Translations under genes and position numbers: made by a program
Notes under the pieces: model-generated
The model's database searches: none
Seen by the model: the letters and a program-made list of their open reading frames with translations, nothing else
What the model was told of the DNA's origin: nothing
Part shown: positions 26,056 through 41,584 of the stretch, in pieces
Numbering within the stretch: the first letter of the stretch is position 1
Layout: each line of letters begins with the position of its first letter
Origin: Eledone cirrhosa
Taxonomy: Eukaryota
Assembly: GCA_964016885.1 (NCBI GenBank)
Contig: OZ024740.1
Location: 381,052,001 to 381,116,000, forward strand
Direction: 5' to 3'
DNA: 64,000 bases

Positions 26056-26454
26056 ATATATTTAATATAGAAAATACTTGGACTAGGACTGTTTCATTCG
26101 GGAGAAATCATCAGGAAGCCCTGATATATATATATATAGAGAGAGAAATTTCGTATTTCTAAAGAAACACGGTTTTAGGAAGCCGTAGCCGTCCCTCCCA
26201 CCGCTGGCGACTGCTGGACTTGGAAACAGTCGAGAATATATAGTTTTCTCGTCTGTGTAAATGAGGTGATTAATCTCATTTGCATATGAAGCTGCATAAG
26301 TTGCCTCAACTTATAATAGAAAAGAAATAAGATTTCGTTGAGCCTACGTATGCAGCTGCATATGCAAATGAGAATAATCACCTCATTTACACAGACGAGA
26401 AAAGTATATATTCTCGCCTGTCTTCTAGTCCAGCACTCGCAAGCGGTGGGAGGG

Positions 26455-26498
26455 ACCATCCCGAAGAAGGCCAGCCAACTCTGAAATGCATAGACGGT
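26455..26498 (+). ncRNA. Degenerate minimal hammerhead ribozyme
   Basis: ACCATC-CCGAAGA (U>C)-agg...ct-GAAA-TGCA-TA-GACGGT. Confidence 0.55.
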
Positions 26499-26520
26499 TG
26501 TCTCCCATGCTTCTGCTAAA

Positions 26521-26537
26521 CACCACTAGAGGGCGTT
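26521..26537 (+). promoter_or_regulatory. CTCF-consensus-like motif
   Basis: CACCACTAGAGGGCGTT versus the CTCF core CCACYAGRGGGCGC. Confidence 0.35.
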
Positions 26538-27664
26538 AGCCCCGGTGTTTGCATAGCTACGGCTTCCTAAAACCGTGTTTCTTTAGAAATACGAAATTTC
26601 TATACATATTTGTATAAAGCTATGCTTGAAGCGAAATCTTATTTCTTTTATATATATATAGGATTCTCATAACACTGGGATTAATCACATGTACTCACAG
26701 GAAAAATCCCAGCCCTAGAGTAACAAAACTCAAGTTTGTCCTAAATAGAGAATATATTAATCTTTCCTAAGGTACTGAGACAATTCTCGCTCATCGGCTG
26801 TCTTCTGGGGATTATTATAGTTTCGGATGATTTTTATTTTTTAATATAGAATGTTAATCATTTTAAAGTGGAGCAAACATATTGTATTCTAATATACTTG
26901 CAATGATACTCAGGCAAGATACACAATGAAGTAGGAATATTAATATTAAAATAATACATCCATATACAAATTAGAGCGAATTAATATAATGATGTACAAT
27001 GACTCAAAAGTAATGGAGCCAGACTGCATACGTGTTTCATGTTTGTTTGGTTTTAGCTGGGATATCATTACGCTGCTTGTCTAGGCTATCATTACAAGTA
27101 CGTCAGCATTGTTGTAATGCAAGGGCAAAAGTTCTGGCGGTGTCACATATCGCAATACATACCAATTAAAACAGCGATATAATAACAGAAAGAGTCCACT
27201 CGTCACCTATACTTTACAGGCAGCCTCTATTAGCAGACAGGCACCTACAACGACTGAAGAAATCTTCGTACTTACAGGCAAAAGCACACATACGCACACA
27301 CACACATACGTACACACACACAGACGCGCGCACACATGCATTTACACACACACACGTGTATATATATATATATATTTGTGTTTGTGTGTGTGTGTATGTG
27401 TGTGTGTGTGTGTGTGTGTGCGCGTGTGTGTACAGTCACTCATACACACACGGTGCGTGTGTGTGTGCAAAGTGGTGGAGTCTATGCTCCTGTCTTTTTA
27501 CGTCTCATAATTTAGTGGTTCGCTAAATAGAGATCGATAGAATTAGTATTAGACGACAATATATACTGCTGTCGACATAATAGATTAAATCCATGCTCCA
27601 GCATGGCCACAGACCAATGTTTGAAGGATACATACATGCACACATCCATCCATCCATCTATACA

Positions 27665-27727
<63 letters not shown>

Positions 27728-28124
27728 CAGATAGACATCTCAACATTGAGACAGACAGACAGACAGACACAGAGTCTAAAGCATCGACACGTTTGTTAAA
27801 ATACGTTTTGTTAAATATATAACAATGTAGGTTTCCTTGGCTAAATAAACAGTATAAAAGTACAAAGAGAAAGAACATAGTAGCTGTAGTCTGTTGAAAT
27901 ATAGGTTTCTGACTAATTAACTTACAGATCGCTAGTTTCACCAGAGAACTTCAACCGAAAGCAGGAAATACTACTTGGTGACCACAAGAAAATAAAGAAG
28001 GAAGTGTCTAATACAATATTCATACATAAATATATTCATACATACAGACGTACGTGTTTGCGTACAGGCATACCATTTTATATGTATGAGTGTGTGTATG
28101 TGTATGCGTGTGATATATAATACA

Positions 28125-28128
28125 CACG

Positions 28129-28175
<47 letters not shown>

Positions 28176-28204
28176 GCCTGCGTGAGTGTGTGCGTTTGTG
28201 AATA

Positions 28205-28288
<84 letters not shown>

Positions 28289-28291
28289 TAC

Positions 28292-28341
<50 letters not shown>

Positions 28342-28368
28342 TATAATATATATAATATATAATATATA

Positions 28369-28399
<31 letters not shown>

Positions 28400-28406
28400 G
28401 TGTGTG

Positions 28407-28468
<62 letters not shown>

Positions 28469-28471
28469 ATA

Positions 28472-28531
<60 letters not shown>

Positions 28532-28533
28532 AT

Positions 28534-28583
<50 letters not shown>

Positions 28584-28680
28584 TATATACATATATATAA
28601 TATATATATATATATATATAATATATATATATATAATATATATATATATATGTGTGTATAATATATATATATATGTGTGT

Positions 28681-28735
<55 letters not shown>
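28125..28735. repeat. Long compound (TA)n/(CA)n microsatellite
   Basis: Read directly from the sequence. Confidence 0.95.
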
Positions 28736-28739
<4 letters not shown>

Positions 28740-29519
28740 ACACCTACTTATATACATTCATATATTAACGTAACGTATATAACAATCTCAAACAAAAACA
28801 CACACACACACAAATATATAGGTCTGTGTGTGTTTATGTTTGTTTGTACATGCATACGTAAAATAAAGACTGAAACCATTTCAGTCAAACATGCTCGCTT
28901 TGTCATCATCGCACACACACACATACTCATATAGCCGTACACACATATAAAGATTTCCGTTTGATTTGTTAAATATATAAATACGTAACATATAATTGCA
29001 TGGAAGTGCCACTTTAACAATATATGTCTGTTTATATACATAAATATTATTTTGCTATTCCCAACTGAAAAACGTAAGGTTTATTGCTCCTCGGTTTGCT
29101 TTAGCTTTGATTCAACTGAATGTTTTGTTTTTAGATTTCTTCATTGCTGCAAACTGTTTTAGCCGGCAGTTTATATAGGACTTCCTGTTCCCTCTCAGTT
29201 TGGGAGGAGCAAAATCTGACCTTCTATATTTTTTCACCTCGAAGGCATTAAAATTCTTTAAAAAAACATGACGTCTTTGGTGGTGTTAGTTGTAGGAGTC
29301 TTTCATAATGGTGGAAGCGGCATTGTAGAATATAAAAACAAATTCGCTTGTCATCTCCCTCTTAAAATAAGAGTTTTTAAATAAGTTAAATTGATAAACG
29401 AAAGAAAAATTTTAAATTTGAATAGGTTCTTTGAGAATTGTAATATTCAATAAGATTCAATATAAACAAAATGAAGAAAAACACTATGAATGATGGTTTC
29501 TATTCCAGGAGGAAGTTAA

Positions 29520-29690
29520 AGTCGATTAAATCGATCCAAATACATGACTGGTACCTTATTTTATCAAACTTGAAAATATGAAAGCAAAGTCAACCTCGGT
29601 GAAATTTGAAGTCAGAACATTAAGAGCTGGAACTAATAATGCTACGCATTTTTCCGAAGTTCTAATGGCTTTTCCAATCCACTTGAGGTG
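29520..29690 (-). mobile_element. Diverged SINE family A copy
   Basis: ctggtaccttattttatc...aaagtcaacctcgg..atttgaa matches the family A reverse complement. Confidence 0.55.
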
Positions 29691-29944
29691 AATAATAATA
29701 ACAACCTCGATAGATTTACCCTAACGTCAATAATTTGTTCCTTCAGCTTCTAACATCTTTTAGGATGACTTTAATTAAAGCTTATACTTTTTCAAACTTT
29801 AACACTAAAATTTCCTGGCATGAAAAAGCAAAACAGATATTTTATTCACTGATGAGATTCTTTTATACTGAAAAAATTATGAATAAAACATTACATTTTA
29901 TTTTTATACGCATTGTTTGGCCTTCCATGCATTTAATATATATA

Positions 29945-31450
<1,506 letters not shown>

Positions 31451-31454
<4 letters not shown>

Positions 31455-31520
31455 ATCAAAAGATGGTTAAAAGAGTTCCATGTAAATACATGGAACTCTT
31501 TTAACCATCTTTTGATCTTA
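31451..31520. repeat. Near-perfect hairpin (~33-bp arms) abutting (TA)n
   Basis: taagatcaaaagatggttaaaagagttccatgt-aaat-acatggaactcttttaaccatcttttgatctta. Confidence 0.9.
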
Positions 31521-32212
31521 TATTATTTATACTCTCGTCCTATAAACTGTGGAGTGCTACTTATCCGATATTTGCATTGCTTAATTGTGCTATAACAAAA
31601 CTCACCCCCTACATATATATACATATATATACTACGTCATGTTGATCTTGCCTGAGCATTGTGATAAGTACACATGTGTCCTCGCAAATTATCTGTGCCT
31701 GGAGTCCGTGAAACCAGCTGTCCTTCGGAATATATCTTAAATATTACTGATGAAAGCGCGCAAGAAACTTTATATGATTATTGTAAAGGATCCATGCTTC
31801 ACTTGAGTGGAGAAGATAAGTCTATGCACATGTATGATATACAACAATTTTATTAACATCTTGATTCCATGTTAGGATCAGACACGATACACAAATGCCC
31901 TAAAGAAGTCTGTTGCTTTCAAAGACCTTAGAAATATTTAATCTCATAAGAAGTAGGAATAGCTAACTGTGCTACCCACGTAGACAAACCTGCCTACTGC
32001 TTACAGTTATGTTTTTTTATCTAATATAAGTGCTTCCTCGTATATGTTTCACGGGAAACAGTAGAAAGTTGCAACGTTTCTGTCCAGACTATTGCAGAAA
32101 TATAATATCCATGAGAATTTACATATCTTCAGTATCATGTGCAACTAAATCCCAATCATCTGCATAAAAGAGATCATGACTCAAAGCTCGAAAATATTTT
32201 GATCACTCAGCA

Positions 32213-32381
<169 letters not shown>

Positions 32382-32464
32382 AACATAAATGTAAACAATA
32401 AAGCTAACAACACAGTATAATGAAGAATTATATTAGTTTAATGCTTGATATATAGTAGGAAAAG

Positions 32465-32505
32465 AGTCTTTACGTATTGGACACTAGTCTATCATCAGAA
32501 GATAC
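32465..32505 (-). ncRNA. Decayed hammerhead motif
   Basis: TCTT-CTGATGA-tagac tagt gtcc-AATA (GAAA mutated)-CG-TA-AAGA. Confidence 0.35.
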
Positions 32506-33146
32506 AATGAGAAAGATGAAATAGAAAGATAGAGAATAAGAAAAGGAAGGAACGGAAAATTATTTTCAAAAAAAGCATGTGTGTATTCAGTCAGGCATTT
32601 CTATAAATAAGTAGGTATATGTGCTTACACATAGAGGTGTGCAGATAAATACAAACATATACTCATACATATATAAACACACATTTACATACATAGATAC
32701 AGAAATACATTGACACTGAAAAACACATAAGACATAAATACACACATTCTAGCTGAATTACAGCTTGAAAAGTGTCATCTATCAACTAGGGCTTAATTTG
32801 TCAGAATCATGACTAACGCTGACCTTAAGAGGAAAGGCGATAGGTAGATTGAAGTGTTCTGGCAGGACTGGGAAATAAAATGTTTACACACACACACTTC
32901 AATATCCCATCACTGCAAAATGTATATTTTATGTTGTTTAGACCCAGATCAACCGGGATCAGGCAAACTCTTGAACAAAGGGATTCCAGCCATGACCATA
33001 CATTTTTCATATAACTATGACTATATAGTCAGTCTATGGTGTTCTTCCTTGTTTTCAGTAGAAAGTAGGGTAAGGGAATTTGGCTGTTATTTCTAGCAGC
33101 TCAAGGAGTTGTATATATTGTTATAATTATTATTTAACCCAGGGAG

Positions 33147-33580
33147 AGCGGTGGATTGTCAGTACCGAGAGAACGTCGGATAACATGGTTTGTGGCATAT
33201 AGTTCCGTCACTTTACATTCTGAGTTCAAATCCCGCCGAGGTTAGCATTGCCTTTCATCCTTACAAGGTCGATAAAGTACCACTAACGCACCGGGGTCGA
33301 TTAAATTGACTTTTCCTTTCTTCAAAATTGTTGGTCTTATGGTTAGATGAGAAGCCATTATTTAACCCAAGAGAGTGGTGGATTGATAAAATTGTTACAG
33401 ATAGAATGCTTTACAGTATTTGTTCCAGCAGTCTCTGCTCTGAGTTCAAATTCCATCAAGTCAACCTCATCCTTTCGGTGTCGATACAATAATGTACCAG
33501 TTAAGAATCGGGGTTGATATAATCGGCTTTTTCATTCCCCAAATTTCTGGCCTTTTGACTATGTTAAAAATCACTATTTA
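33147..33580 (+). mobile_element. Two adjacent diverged SINE family A copies
   Basis: Two GAGTTCAAAT B-boxes and tcatcctt..ggt..gtcgata bodies. Confidence 0.7.
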
Positions 33581-34005
33581 GCTCTACATCAACGCTGATC
33601 GAATACGCCTACGTTGAAAAGCCGTGACCATTCAGTCGTTTTAAGGGTATTTAGGACTACATTGTTTTATGTGCCCTCCCCTTTATAAGACTGTGAGGTA
33701 TGCTTAAAGCGACATTTGGCTACTATTTCTAGCAGATCACGCTTCGACTTAGAGACTCGGTCGTTAGCGCTTCGCGAAGTAAATTTATTGTATTGGAGTG
33801 TCTTTGAAGTTTTTGGTGAGACATTCCTGACAATAAGTCTGTCAGGTTTCTTTTTCGGGCAATCCTGAAGTAATAATTACTTTATTCCAAGCCAAGATAA
33901 GTGTTAGTAGGAATTGCCAACTGTCTCACCAACTAATATAAACCATCAAGCCGCGTGCGCATGCGTGTGTGTGTGTAAAAGTAAAATGTATGAAATAATA
34001 TTGTG

Positions 34006-34038
<33 letters not shown>

Positions 34039-34040
34039 CG

Positions 34041-34076
<36 letters not shown>

Positions 34077-36489
34077 CCCCTAAAAAGACTGAATGGTAAC
34101 GGCTAGAATGCTTTTTACGACTAGAATGCTTTTCACGGCTAGAATGCTTTTCAGGTGTACTCGATCATGGTTGACATAGAGCTAAATAATAATTTTAACA
34201 TAGGCAAAAGACATGAAATTTGAGGAATGGAAAAGAGGATTATATCAACCCCGATACTTCTTAACTAGTACTTTATATTATCGACACCGAAAGGATGAAG
34301 TTGACTTGATGGAATTTGTTACCTTACATTTGTGTTACTTTACATTCAGATATGCTCAGTCATCTGAATCCAACTCAAAACACATTCATTTGATTGGTAA
34401 TCTTGTTTGGCTATATTGGTTTGGCTATAAAGTCTGTATAATTAAATTTTGTAACAAAAAAAAAAATGAAAGAAATATCTTCATTTTATACTTGCTGTGA
34501 AATTCCTACCGTGAGCTATGTGAGCATTTAATAGGGTAAACTTTAGGAAAAGTTGCTAAATTTCAGAGAAAAATCTGCTTCCTTTCAAGAGTTAGGGAAA
34601 AAAAACCATCAGCAGAGACCTCTCAGAGCAAACCCTCGCCCGGCGTATCAGGGTTAAACTAATTCGTAACTTATGCTTTTAAAAGTATGAGAGTGGTGGG
34701 AACGTTAGTGCGAAACTAATTGCCTTACAGTATTTAATTTTATCCCTCAATATTTTGACTTCAAATCCCATCAAGATATTTCCGAGAAAGTTATATCTAC
34801 AAAGCTAGTGTCTCATTCAGATGGAACCTAGATTTTTCAGTCATCCGATTAACAATACATAATTTTTGTTATGAGATCTATTTTCTTAGATTTGTTTTTA
34901 GAAACGTGTATCCCACATATGCTTGACATAAACAATGATACGGTAGTTTCATCCCTCAGAGACTCTAATGTAAACATCCACATTGTATTTGAACAGATTC
35001 CGAGTTCCCTGCGATAAGCCTTATTTAAAGATCTGACGATTTCCAGAAAAAAATATCGTATTACTTTCCGAATTAGAAGTCCTCTGTCTGTTTGTCTGTT
35101 TTCTGTCTGTCTGTCTGTCTGTTTATGGATCCTTTACAGAGAAAGGCGAGGAGGTTTTTCGTGCGCACGAATTCTTTTTACTATTTTTAGAAGGAAAATA
35201 CTTAATTTTGAAATAATTTTTTCCCCTCAGGAAATGTAAATGGCATAAAGATGGCATCCATTTCGATAAAAAAAAATTCAACAGATTAAAAGATGAATAA
35301 GAAAACGAAAATTAGTTACACAGTGTGAAAACAAACCTTCAGGCACCGACAGAACAAAATGCAGCAGCCAAAATTTTAACAGATTTGTTATAGGGTGGCC
35401 AACCATAAAAAAAATCTCGACAGTAATGTCAGAAGGTGATTGTGGAGATGACAGGGAAAGACATACGGTTGGGTGAGGCTTCCTACCATATACCCGTTCT
35501 GGTAACCCTTGAAAACTACAACACTATTCTGTAGGTGGATTATTGGTGGTACAGAGCATAAAGCTCAGTGTTTATGTAGGGCACATGGAAGCTCTCTGCA
35601 CAGAGGAACTGAATAAACAGAGGAAAAATGAAATCTGTAAACAACAGAGAAAACAATAACAATAGGTGAGTTTTCAAAGCACCACTGGTCGCAGCTCCGA
35701 GGATAACTGAAAAAGACTATGTTTTCAGTGACAGGAGACAACGACCAGGAAACTGATCGGGTGATACTTCTAGTATTAGCAACCCATCGACTTGCGATAA
35801 AGGAATATAAATGGAGCCTGGAGAGTAATAGAATACTGACCCGGGTGGCAAGGAGAGAGATAAAAGGAAAAAAGGACAAGATGAGCCCAAACCAAAGTAA
35901 TGTAAGACGAACGAATGTGTTTGTTTATAGATCTACACAATCAGGGTTGAGCAAGGGGTAATATCAACTGATACTTATTTTAAGTGGATTAGAAGTGGAT
36001 CATTAGTTGTTAAAACGTTCACCTTGAAATCGTGATATCTGGAGTTCGATTCCATTGCGTAGCATCTTAGGTATGTGCCTTTACCATAATGTTGGGTTAA
36101 TACACGTCATTTGAATATAAGTAGGTGGATGAATTCTGTGTCAAATGGAATATACTTGTAATTCAAAGATCCAGCATGTCCCGATTTTTTTCGTTGCTTC
36201 AGCTCGGGAATTGTGTGAAAAACACGTGTCTATGGATTTCTCAGATGCTTACATGCTGATTTAACAAGTTGAAAAACTGAATGCACGTCGACGAACAGAG
36301 TATTTCCATCATACCATCATATGGGATCGACAGAAATAAAGTTCAAGTCGATCTCATAACAACCAAGCACTAAATTTGACCAAACGTTGTGTTGCTAGAG
36401 ACAAAACGTGACACTGTTAAACATTTTGCATCGCCCTTAAAATTCGATCGGTGGTACTAATACTAGTGAAAAGGGAGATAAGTCATTTC

Positions 36490-36860
36490 ACTTCACTTCC
36501 CTTGGCCCTCCAGTGTTGTTGAGGTTATGTAGTGAAGGTCAGTGTACCACTTCTTCCCATCCGTCTCTGTTGCGAGCTATGAATTTCAAGGCCTTTACTG
36601 GTCCATTACTTGACGTTACGTGTTCATTTCTTTCTCTGACGTCTTCTTTGTCTTATTTTTCCATGAATTGTTCCTTGGAGGATGGTCTTGGTCTTTGCAT
36701 CAAACTTTGTCACCTGACAGTACCATTTCATTTTTCTTTTCTTTATGGTGATTTGTAGGTCTTTGTGGTTGCTCATATGTCTGATTGCCGTACGAATATT
36801 TTAGTTGTTTAAGTGTTCCTTATAGGAGATGCCCATGATTTTGGGTTATGTACACATTCA
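36490..36860 (-). pseudogene. RTE (BovB-like) ORF C-terminal fragment
   Basis: KWYCQVTK...KTILQGTIHGK...ARNRDGWEEVVH. Confidence 0.6.
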
Positions 36861-37979
36861 AATTATTAAAATTGCTACTCTCTTTTTACGAAATGAAGAA
36901 CATTTTGAAAGTATTAACTGATTCCTTTCATTTGCGAAAGATGTACAAGTTTCCTGTACAGCTTCACTGAAAAATAATACTTCTAGAACATTCAATCATT
37001 TACATTCACTGGCTATTTTTATATAGAATATTCATTTAAGAAAGTCTGTTGAATGTATAATTTTTACTCATTCTTCTCGTCGAGTTTTCAACAGCTAAAG
37101 ATAAAAAAAAATGTTACACATCGAAATAATCTCTCAAACAGCATTGGTAACTCCACCTCCCACAACCCAATGAATAATATATAATAACAAAATCTCAACA
37201 AAAGATTGAATGAGAATTTTCGTATGATTTATATATAAGTAGCTCTTTCTATGTGACGATATGTGTAAGTAGTTCTTTATAGATAACGCTACAGTGCCGA
37301 AATGCTAGAAGTTTAGTGACGATTTTTCTACTTCTTTGAGAAGTTCTTAAAGTAAAACACTGCTACACTACAAAACATGTCGCAATTAATAGAAAAACAA
37401 AAACAAAAACAATTGATTTTGCACTTGTATGTTAATGGCCACTTCTATAAATCCTTTTCTGTTTATGAAGTTACTGATATGTATGTGCATATGTATGTAT
37501 ATGCGTATGTATGTGCGAATCTATGCAAGTATGACGTATGTATGTGCGTATGTAAGTACATGTGTATGTGCGAATGTATGTATGTGCGAATGTATGTATG
37601 TACGTACGTGTGTATGGATGTGTGTATGTACGTACGTGTGTATGGATGTGTGTATGTACATATGTTATTCTTTGAGATTTAATTTAGATTTTTGGCAGAA
37701 TTTGATGGAATAAAAAAGTTCCGGGGATTTGAGAGTATGTGAGGGAGTTAATGTATATATACAAATATATGTGTAGATATATTTACACAAATATGAAGGA
37801 TGAACATGAATGGGAAAATAAACGTGTGTACGTGTTGCATGTTGTGTGTGCATACGAGTGTATGTACCATATACATGTGATGTGTGTATAGGCTCATTAA
37901 AGGAAACTCAAATAGAGAATCATACAATTTTACAAATATTCACTGTAACACAATTTTTTTTTTTTTTTTGTGGAGCGAG

Positions 37980-38779
37980 AGACTCGTAGTCTTCATTAAG
38001 ACAGTTCTCTAGGAGAATGTCACTTTGATATAAAACCTGTGACATCGTTGGCATCCAAGGATATAGACCAGTTCTACTTTTTAGGTAAATGCATTCGATG
38101 TTCAGAGAATGAGATTGGCCCTTTATTGAAAAAAGCTTCAAGCATAGACACCGTGACATTTTTTGCAATGCATGGCATGGCTGGCCATGGGTAAGTCCCT
38201 AGAACAACTAAAACGCCACGTCCGTGATGCTCATGCTTCAGCATCAAGCGATGGCATTAGTCGGAATTGAGTTGCATCCATCATGTATGTATGTAATTAT
38301 GCCACATCGCTCTCGAGTGCTACTGGTAACATGTATCCCAGTACAACCTGTCTCATGGTCGGGTCATCAGCGACAAAACCGGCAACCCCACCAAGCTTGG
38401 ACACCCTGTAGGATAAAATATAAGACCTGGCGAAGGGCGCATGAACTTCGCAGAGTCAACGGCCATCCAAATAGTACTTTTTTTTCCCCCTAGGAGTGAA
38501 AGGCCCTCTGTTGTCACAACGCCTTTCTAAGAGGGAAATTCTGAAGAAAAAAACCTGCGGCTTCTGAAGCATCCGATGGTGTTAACCAGTTCTCATTTTC
38601 GGGTAGTGTTTCGATATCCAGAGAGTGGGACTGATCGAGTGCAAGGCTTTTCCCCACTTAAAAAAAACTCCAAAGCACAGACATGTGGTTCGTTTGACTG
38701 GTGGTAGCCTAAAAGTGCACTATTTCCTGTAATCTGACAAGCGATTGTAATACTCTTAGCAGAGTTTGCAGCCACCATA
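37980..38779 (+). mobile_element. Two tandem RTE-derived bipartite elements (older 37980-38290, younger 38308-38779)
   Basis: ctaggagaa..., ends gcatccatc-(ATGT)n and gcagccacc-at; 5' region homologous to the 11018 and 11631 copies. Confidence 0.6.
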
Positions 38780-38921
38780 CCCATACATGTAAACACATAA
38801 GCGAATATGGAAATGTCATTTTCATTGATTTACAAACCCCAAACCGTAGAAGTGAACGTCTGCAAGTGAACTTCAGTCACAGATGATCTTTCAAAAGTGA
38901 ATCAAAACTTATCTTGCCTAA

Positions 38922-39255
<334 letters not shown>

Positions 39256-40699
39256 ATGCCAATGGTTGTGTTTATTACTGTCTCATAGACTGGATTTATG
39301 TTGTTTCCTTTGCCGATTCACCACTGAATCAAACAATACAATTAAAAGAAGCATTGTGAGAGAAGATAGACAGTGAGGAGGGGGGGGGGGTAGGAAAAAA
39401 CAACAGAATATTCTCTATTCCCTTTCATTACTGTTCCACTTTAATCCTCATGGAGCTATCTATCGTAGTTAGTTTTTTTTGTTTAATATGTTTGTCAAAA
39501 GGAAGTTCAAATTCATGTCTTTTGCAATAACACCCAATTTGGTGAAATTGATGCCTGATCATTTCAAGGTCATTGTCTGCAGGACAAACACGTAAGTAAA
39601 TGATCGAGCATCAGGTCGGACTGCTTGTAACGGAGTAAATTCTACTAGAATTATCAAGGTATTGAGTGGTGGTATAAAACAGAGCGGTGTTTCGGCTTAC
39701 AACTAATGTTGATAGTAATTTTAAAATATTAAAATGAATTTTCGTTGGAAATATGATAGTTTAAAAATATATTAAATTTTGGGTGGATGGGATATCCAAG
39801 TTTGTTATTTTTATTCTCAACATGTCAATTTTTTATCACATACAATCACCTAGCCCATAAGTGCCTTTAACGGAGGTAACTGTATTGTAAGCATTTGGAC
39901 CAAGTCTCCGTTTTGAAAATAATTGCTTATGTTCCACTTCTGACTGCATCACAACATGTCATACGCCTTCTGCCATCTATTCCTCTCACGAATTTCAGAG
40001 ATTTTGCAACTGTGATAAGCTCTGTCCGTCAAGTGTAAGGGATTCTGTCTTTCCTCATCTAAGCCAAGAAAAAAGATTACAGACACTGACATATAAAACT
40101 ATTAGTCTAAATCAGCATGGATCACTTCATTAGAAAGTAAAGAAAAGAAATATATTGAATATCATTTTGGTCAGGGCAAGTTATGAATGGTTCATAATCT
40201 ACGTAATAGTAGGTAGCCGTTGTAAGGATGTAGCTGAATGTGGTTTGCTTTACATTTCTTCTCGATTCTTTTGTCTACGTTCCTTTTTTAATTTAAGAAA
40301 GGTCCTCCGACATTATTGAGATCGATATATCTTGAACATATTTAGAGGTCAATGTTTTCTGACAAAAATTAGGTAGTGAGGGGTAAATCTAATTAAATCT
40401 GTAAAACAATTACAGTTCTAAGGAGGAAGGATTGGTGGATTATGCAGTATGAGTCATTGTTGAAAAGAAGACAGGTGGGTCTTACGGTATTGAATGACAA
40501 AGTGTGACATAGGTAGTTCAGAAGGGTAAACGCCGTAACAAAAGAAGTAGAAAAAAAAAAATGTCTGCGTTTGAAGTGTGTTGTTGAAAGACCTTCTTTT
40601 AAAGGAGGTCTTCTAGATGGCAGAAGCACAAAAGAGTTGGGCGAAATGCCTTACAGTATTTATTCAAGATCTTTACGTTCTCAGTTCAAACCCCACCGA

Positions 40700-41100
40700 A
40701 TCAGGGCCCGGTAATTTCCTGTTGGTTAAATTATTGGTTTGCTTTTAAGGGTTTCAGCCGAGATACTCAAGTCATGTTGTTGGTGTGCTTGTTCCCTAAC
40801 CTTCTTTTTAACAGTCTCAATATACTCTGCCTGACTATTATGCTCAAAATCATGCTCCCAAATCGTTCTTCAAAATGTGTTGGTCTGTTCTGCCCCAGGG
40901 ATAACATCGTTGCCTCTTTCTTTCCCATCTAGTTATTCAAATAACATCTTCTGGTTGTTCTCGAACAAGCGGTTTTGTCTATACCAGTTATATCTACTCT
41001 CATCTTCTGGTTTTTTTTCCTCTATTATAACATTTAGTGCTTTTCCCTTTGTTGTATTTCCTTGTCATTCTATCCTTAGTGTCTATACTTGTAATGTCTC
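40700..41100 (-). pseudogene. R4/Dong-type retrotransposon fragment (region upstream of RT)
   Basis: YRQNRLFENNQKMLFE*LDG...P.AEQTNTF*RTIWE...HNSQAEY. Confidence 0.65.
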
Positions 41101-41115
41101 GTTTAATTACTACTA

Positions 41116-41340
41116 GGCGATGGATTGGCAGTATTGTCAAAGCGTCGGACAACAATATTTGGGGCATAGAGTTACGGCCCTTTACCTTCTGAGTTCTACT
41201 CCCTCCGAGGTTAGCGTTGCCTTTCATTCTTACGAGGTCGATAAAATAAAGCACCACTAATGCATTGGGGTCGATTTAAACGACTTTCTCCTCCCCACAA
41301 AATTCCTGGCCTTGTGCCTAAAAATAGAGACAATTATTAT
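41116..41340 (+). mobile_element. SINE family A
   Basis: ggcgatggattggcagtatt...gcctttcattcttacgaggtcgataaaataaagcacca...tgtgcctaaa. Confidence 0.75.
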
Positions 41341-41487
41341 TATTATTAAGGCATTGCGCATTGAAGTTTGGCTCTGATGAAATTAGGGTCTGAACAACTT
41401 AAGTGGAAACTATGGTGTGTCTCCTTCCACTGAGGCTGGAGATTAATGACAGGGAAAGAGGGAGAGAAATAGATAGCTAGGGAGATA

Positions 41488-41584
<97 letters not shown>

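Larger units (their letters stand above)
26143..26650. mobile_element. Nested foldback non-autonomous element with hammerhead, between (TA)n tracts
   Basis: Outer inverted repeat ~26143-26188/26555-26601; inner inverted repeat ~26190-26310/26338-26456; loop of the inner hairpin is the inverse of the 3' tail. Confidence 0.75.

Noticed and set aside
27800-27890. Signal-peptide-like MFFLFVLLYCLFSQG on the minus strand
   Set aside because: Hydrophobic runs arise easily in T-rich DNA, and there is no convincing exon structure.
31727-31760. CTGATGA...GAAA match
   Set aside because: No stem I, II or III pairing.
39891-40110. Cys-rich open frame containing CNCDKLC (SMB-like)
   Set aside because: Lacks the CC motif of SMB domains, is preceded by a stop codon, and the splice sites are ambiguous.
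41370-41415. CTGATGA...GAAA match
   Set aside because: Stems do not pair convincingly.
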